NCBI GenBank assembly: GCA_964473825.1
Contig: CAYYQL010000008.1
Span: 35,374 to 99,373, forward strand
DNA from: an uncultured archaeon
Lineage (GTDB): Archaea; Asgardarchaeota; Thorarchaeia; Thorarchaeales; Thorarchaeaceae
Direction: 5' to 3'
Length of the DNA stretch: 64,000 nucleotides
The notes beneath the pieces are model-generated. The model was not told the DNA's origin. It did not search any database and saw only the letters and a list, made by a program, of their open reading frames with translations. Position numbers and translations under genes: made by a program. Below are positions 59,918 to 64,000 of this stretch, in pieces; the stretch's first letter is position 1; every line of letters starts with the position of its first letter.

Positions 59918-60004
59918 CCCCTCCTGTTTCTTCTATTCACCCTTTCTACACGATCCCTCATCTCTCATATACCAAGTGAAAACAAAATGACACTCACTTG
60001 TTGA

Positions 60005-60645
60005 CGATTTTTCGAAAGGTTTTCCTATCGCCTCGATATATACAACCATCTTTTGTCTAAACGTAAATCAAATTATAATACCGTAATGCACGCAGCTGTC
60101 AAAGGAAGTTGGCGGAAGTTTGAGGAAGCTTTGGGACAGGTCGACCAGCTTTACGATTTGCTAGTCATGATCACCATACGGCTTTTTTCTACTATGGTGA
60201 ACCTCATAAGGCAAATCACTCCAATCTTCTTGTATTCGATATATGGATACAGCTAGTGGGTCTTTCATGGTAGTAACCCCTGTTCCATACTCAGTAGGTG
60301 TGTATTGGGTAGCTTTCACGAGGATAATCCCCCCTATTTACCTGAGAAAATAGTGGGCAGTAGCTATATCACAATTACTGAGTATGTGTGGAGAGTGTCC
60401 TTGTTCATGCGTTGATCTCTCTTCCATGATTCTGCTACGTTGCCATGTCTTAGGATAGCGTTGCATTGATTAGAAGTGACATGTAGAATGACAAATGAAG
60501 TGTGAAAGAAGACTCCGTGAATTGGTACAAAAATACATTTTTAGCGGAAAGTATCGGGAGAAATCTATCAAAGCAACGTTTGAAATAAGTAAACTATTGT
60601 GAACGATTTTTGAAGACTTAGCAATAACAACCTTTCGAAAAATCG
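60005..60645. repeat. perfect 17-bp inverted repeat enclosing multiple hairpins
   Basis: CGATTTTTCGAAAGGTT (60005-60021) and AACCTTTCGAAAAATCG (60629-60645); internal 11-bp inverted repeat at 60286-60296/60376-60386. Confidence 0.8.
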
Positions 60646-60833
60646 AGAAGGTGTGAGAGGAAAGGAGGTGTGGTCATGTGGGTAGAGAGAGGTGTTGTAA
60701 GAGAATCTGGGAGGAATCAAAGAGGAGGAAGTCATCAATCGGGCACAATGACAGCGGTTGAGGAGTGGCCTATCCATGTGTGGAGTGTTGCTACACGGAT
60801 ATCTACAGCGCTACAAAGCCTCTGGAGAATATT

Positions 60834-60959
60834 ATGAAATCTGGTCGATTCCGGCAACCAAAGGGCGACGTCCGAGTTGATCACTGTCACTTTTGCGGTG
60901 CCAACCTGAATGAAGACATTTCCGTCTGCGTGTCGTGCAAGACGCCGGTCGTCTGGTGA
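60834..60959 (+). CDS. small zinc-ribbon protein (41 aa)
   Basis: GGAG upstream of ATG 60834; HCHFCGANL...VCVSCKTPV. Confidence 0.6.
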   Translation: MKSGRFRQPKGDVRVDHCHFCGANLNEDISVCVSCKTPVVW

Positions 60960-61075
60960 CCATATGACAGCCTGCCTAGTACATACCTCTCCAATTCGCC
61001 TGAGGGACTAGCAGTAACGGTCCCATTTGGAAGACTTATTATCACTCCAAGCGAGCAGATATTCTGCTGATTTGG

Positions 61076-62290
61076 ATGCAGAGAGAGCAGGCACCGACAA
61101 CGGCAAGCAGGCAGATTGTATTGCTTGGAATGCTCGTCCTGTTTACTGTGACGGGAGCGGCTTTGCTCTATACAAATGAGCCAGAGTTCATTCTGGCCCG
61201 ATTTCCGGCTGTGTCAAAGTTTCAGTACTCGCTCTTTGATACGGTCCTCTACCTCTCCTACCTCATCTTCGGATTGATGAGTGGTCTTCTTTCTGATAGA
61301 TACGGTAAGAGAAAGGTATTCGTGGTGACAGGCGCCCTTGGGGCATCGGCGTTCTACTGGCTCATGACCACGGTCCTCGATTACTCTTTGCTGCTCATCC
61401 TAAGATTCACTCAAGGGGCCTTCACAGTGTTGGTTTGGCAGACCTTGATGACACTCGTTCTTGACAATTCCACCTCTGAGAATCGAGGGAAGAATATGGG
61501 CATCTTTGGAGCGTTCATGGCCACCGCGATGGGCGCCGGACCAATTGTTGGAGGCGTTTTGGCAGAGCGGGGTGTCTTCCTCCCATACTACGGCGCTGCA
61601 CTCCTTAGCCTCACAGTATTCATCGTTGGATCCGCAGGGATAGCGGAACCGCAACATCTGGAATCCCGTCCCTCTGTGACCCAGAGCCTGCTTCTTGCCA
61701 GGCGATCCCCACAGGTTGTGATTCCTTGTACTGTCAACTTCGTAGATAGACTGCATATGGGTTTCTTGTTGACGGCGCTTCCGCTTATGCTGGTCCAGCT
61801 TCTGGGGCTATCTGAGTCGCTTCGTGGAATGGTCCTAGGTCTCTTTGCGACACCATTCATCCTTCTCCAATATCCAGTTGGCCGAATGTCTGACAGAATC
61901 GGACGGCGCAAACTCGTGATCTTCGGGAGCGTTTCTTACGCATTGGTTCTTGGATTGGTGGGGGTCGCTGGTCATCTATCTCTCTCCGCACTCATAGTAA
62001 CACTGATACTCTTGGGCATCTTCTCAGGTTTCACAGCTCCGCCTACTATGGCTTGGGTTGGAGACTCTGTTTCTCCCGTTGACAGTGCAACCGGGATGGG
62101 GTTGTTCAATCTCTTTGGGAACATCGGGATGATTGTTGGGCCTGTTGTTCTTGGTCTGGCTCTGTTCTATGCCGATTTCGTTACCGCCTTTGTGCTTGCG
62201 TCAGTCATCGAACTACTCTCTCTTCTGGTCATACTCATAGGTGGTAGGCTGTTCTCCACGACGAATGAGTCGGAAACGGAGATTGGTTAA
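61076..62290 (+). CDS. MFS transporter
   Basis: Motif A twice (GLLSDRYGKRK, GRMSDRIGRRK); 12 TM helices. Confidence 0.92.
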   Translation: MQREQAPTTASRQIVLLGMLVLFTVTGAALLYTNEPEFILARFPAVSKFQYSLFDTVLYLSYLIFGLMSGLLSDRYGKRKVFVVTGALGASAFYWLMTTVLDYSLLLILRFTQGAFTVLVWQTLMTLVLDNSTSENRGKNMGIFGAFMATAMGAGPIVGGVLAERGVFLPYYGAALLSLTVFIVGSAGIAEPQHLESRPSVTQSLLLARRSPQVVIPCTVNFVDRLHMGFLLTALPLMLVQLLGLSESLRGMVLGLFATPFILLQYPVGRMSDRIGRRKLVIFGSVSYALVLGLVGVAGHLSLSALIVTLILLGIFSGFTAPPTMAWVGDSVSPVDSATGMGLFNLFGNIGMIVGPVVLGLALFYADFVTAFVLASVIELLSLLVILIGGRLFSTTNESETEIG

Positions 62291-62317
62291 TCCTGCTCTG
62301 AGTCTTACAGCAGCTTC

Positions 62318-63187
62318 TCACATACTATCCAGAAGTTCACGAGCCTCTTCCTTGGCTCTCTTGGCGCGACGCACGAGTTGTTTTGAGAAGTAGGGCTGAG
62401 CTGGGTAAGACTCCAGATTTCCCAAGGTTCTTCTTACACCCTCTCTTCCCTCTTCACCAGTCTTCAAGCCACTCTTTACCTGAACCACTGCCTGATTCAA
62501 GAGCGTGACTAGCAGATAATACTCTCTCTCTGCATCGGTTCGTTTCCTCATACCTTCTCGGGCTTCAAGGACTCGTAGCCGAACGAGTTCACGGATTTCT
62601 TTAAGATCGTCAGCGAGGCGAGTATCTCCTAGGTTCACGAGCATATCCGTGAGCTTGTCGGTGAGTCCATAGCACTTCTGAAGCCATTCGTTTAGTTCCT
62701 TCTCCGCTACATCCGGATTCCACTTTTCCATATCCTCGTGTGGAATCTCTAGCATTTTTCTCGAGAGCCTTCTGACATCCTGAGCGCGCATATTGAATTC
62801 TGCCATCATAATCATGTGGTCTAGCTCATCACACATTGCTCTGTACTTCTCGGGACCTAGGAGGGTCTCTGCATCATCCTTCTCATCTAACACCTGCAGA
62901 AGGTGTCTTGCTTTGCGTGCAGCCCCCTTGAACTCGTCATTGTCAAGATCTTTTCTGACTTCTGCCTTCTCGTTTTTCAGCCATTTGAGTACTTTTCTGG
63001 AGTCTTCTGTTTCTGGAAGAGTAGCTGGAGCAACGTCCGCTGACAGCTCTGGTTCCTTTTTGAACGGCTCTCCCATTTCTTTCTCAGTACGGGTAAGGTG
63101 TATTCGGAGAAGGACTACCAGTACAACCGTCGCAAATATGACTGTCAGTGCCAGCAGTAAGAGATCTGTCGACCCAAGTGCCTGCAA
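62318..63187 (-). CDS. membrane-anchored helical protein (paralogue A)
   Basis: N-terminal TM helix; C-terminal domain shared with the next gene. Confidence 0.75.
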   Translation of the reverse strand: MQALGSTDLLLLALTVIFATVVLVVLLRIHLTRTEKEMGEPFKKEPELSADVAPATLPETEDSRKVLKWLKNEKAEVRKDLDNDEFKGAARKARHLLQVLDEKDDAETLLGPEKYRAMCDELDHMIMMAEFNMRAQDVRRLSRKMLEIPHEDMEKWNPDVAEKELNEWLQKCYGLTDKLTDMLVNLGDTRLADDLKEIRELVRLRVLEAREGMRKRTDAEREYYLLVTLLNQAVVQVKSGLKTGEEGREGVRRTLGNLESYPAQPYFSKQLVRRAKRAKEEARELLDSM

Positions 63188-63309
63188 TCTTTTTCCTCAC
63201 CTATTCATCAAATGGGCCTGAGATAATCTTTTCGTACTGGCATGCATGAACAGACTCGAACCGTTCTTGGTATCAGAGTTTGTCCAACATATAATGAACG
63301 GTCAGAGAT

Positions 63310-63966
63310 TCAGGCACTGTGCAAGATATCATGAGCCTCTCTCTTTGCTCTCTCAGCACGAAGAATGAGTTGCCTCGAAAAACAGGGCTGGACCTCCTTG
63401 GCCTCTAGGTTCCCCAAGGCCTCTCTTACAATCTCTCGCCCCTCTTCACCTGTCTTCATGCCGCTCTTTACTTGAAGAACCGCTTGATTAAGGAGGGTGG
63501 CTCTCTGATAATACTCTCTCTCTGCCTCGGTTCGTCTTCGGATATCCTCTCTAGCCTGCAGCATACTCACTCTTACTGTTTCCAGAGCTCGGTCCAGCTC
63601 CTCTTGTGGATTTGGTAGCTCGATGTCTGAGGTTGAGCTACGAATACGGTCGGCCAAGTCAGAGACTCTGTCTAGAAGTGAGTTGAGAGCACTCTCTGCC
63701 TCTCTTTCGTTCCACTTCTCAGACTCAGAGGTGGCTACCTCAGAGATAGAATCGATCATCTCGTGGATCTGTCGGAACAGAGCTGCTGTTTCATCACGCT
63801 CTTCTGAGTTCTCATCTTGCCTTTCTCGCGGAACTTTCTTGAAACTCCTCTCTTTGTTCGTTCCGTTCTCACTTCTGCTCTCGGCAGATTTCTTGCGCAT
63901 GAAACAGGCGAACAGGAGTAAGACATTTGAAGTTGTTAGCACTATTGATGCAATGAGGTTCTGCAG
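63310..63966 (-). CDS. membrane-anchored helical protein (paralogue B)
   Basis: Shares AEREYY..TLLNQAV.QVKSG.KTGEEGRE with paralogue A; frame is open to CTG 63966 behind GGAGGAG (GTG 63942 is the alternative start). Confidence 0.75.
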   Translation of the reverse strand: MQNLIASIVLTTSNVLLLFACFMRKKSAESRSENGTNKERSFKKVPRERQDENSEERDETAALFRQIHEMIDSISEVATSESEKWNEREAESALNSLLDRVSDLADRIRSSTSDIELPNPQEELDRALETVRVSMLQAREDIRRRTEAEREYYQRATLLNQAVLQVKSGMKTGEEGREIVREALGNLEAKEVQPCFSRQLILRAERAKREAHDILHSA

Positions 63967-64000
63967 ACTGATTCTCCTCCCATTATCGCCTGTACAAGGA

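Noticed and set aside
60053-60256. 67-aa ORF, and the 69-aa ORF at 60568-60777, inside the long intergenic region
   Set aside because: Non-ATG starts, no SD, no motifs; the region is better explained by its inverted repeats
60005-60645. Interpretation as an IS/MITE or a canonical ORB-type replication origin
   Set aside because: No target-site duplication or transposase, no GTTCCAGTGGAAAC-like ORB and no cdc6/orc1 nearby; kept only as alternatives in the finding
1-64000. CRISPR arrays, tRNA/rRNA genes, prophage or defence islands
   Set aside because: No regularly spaced repeats, cloverleafs, integrases or clustered defence genes were seen by eye

Overview
Gene-dense chromosomal segment of an archaeon, most likely an Asgard archaeon (Thorarchaeia-like). 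This is inferred from tandem Rab-like small GTPases, a divergent profilin-like gene, an archaeal geranylgeranyl reductase, split LplA/LplB with a LipS2-type radical SAM, and an AbrB-PhoU regulator. About 65 CDS are supported, mostly housekeeping or transport: a complete pstSCAB-phoU operon, a P-type ATPase, CorA, a Ca/Na antiporter, FetAB, MFS transporters, bacterial-type PfkA, Pcp and an orphan DNA methyltransferase. I see no rRNA, tRNA, CRISPR array, transposase or integrase. The most unusual elements are: (i) a ~1.1-kb non-coding region (59753-60833) with a perfect 17-bp inverted repeat around nested, roughly concentric hairpins, a candidate large structured RNA or cis element; (ii) an adjacent kinase-less module of three stand-alone receiver domains around a TPR protein with a Cys4 tail; (iii) eukaryotic-signature-like genes (a profilin-like protein and a Rab pair in which one copy lacks the catalytic Gln); (iv) a GGR-M23-LipS2-LplA-LplB cluster; (v) a PIP-box zinc-finger orphan, a Cys-less peroxiredoxin, a 6-repeat cytoplasmic beta-propeller and a tandem pair from an unrecognised membrane-anchored family. 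All calls come from reading motifs by eye; no database searches were run.
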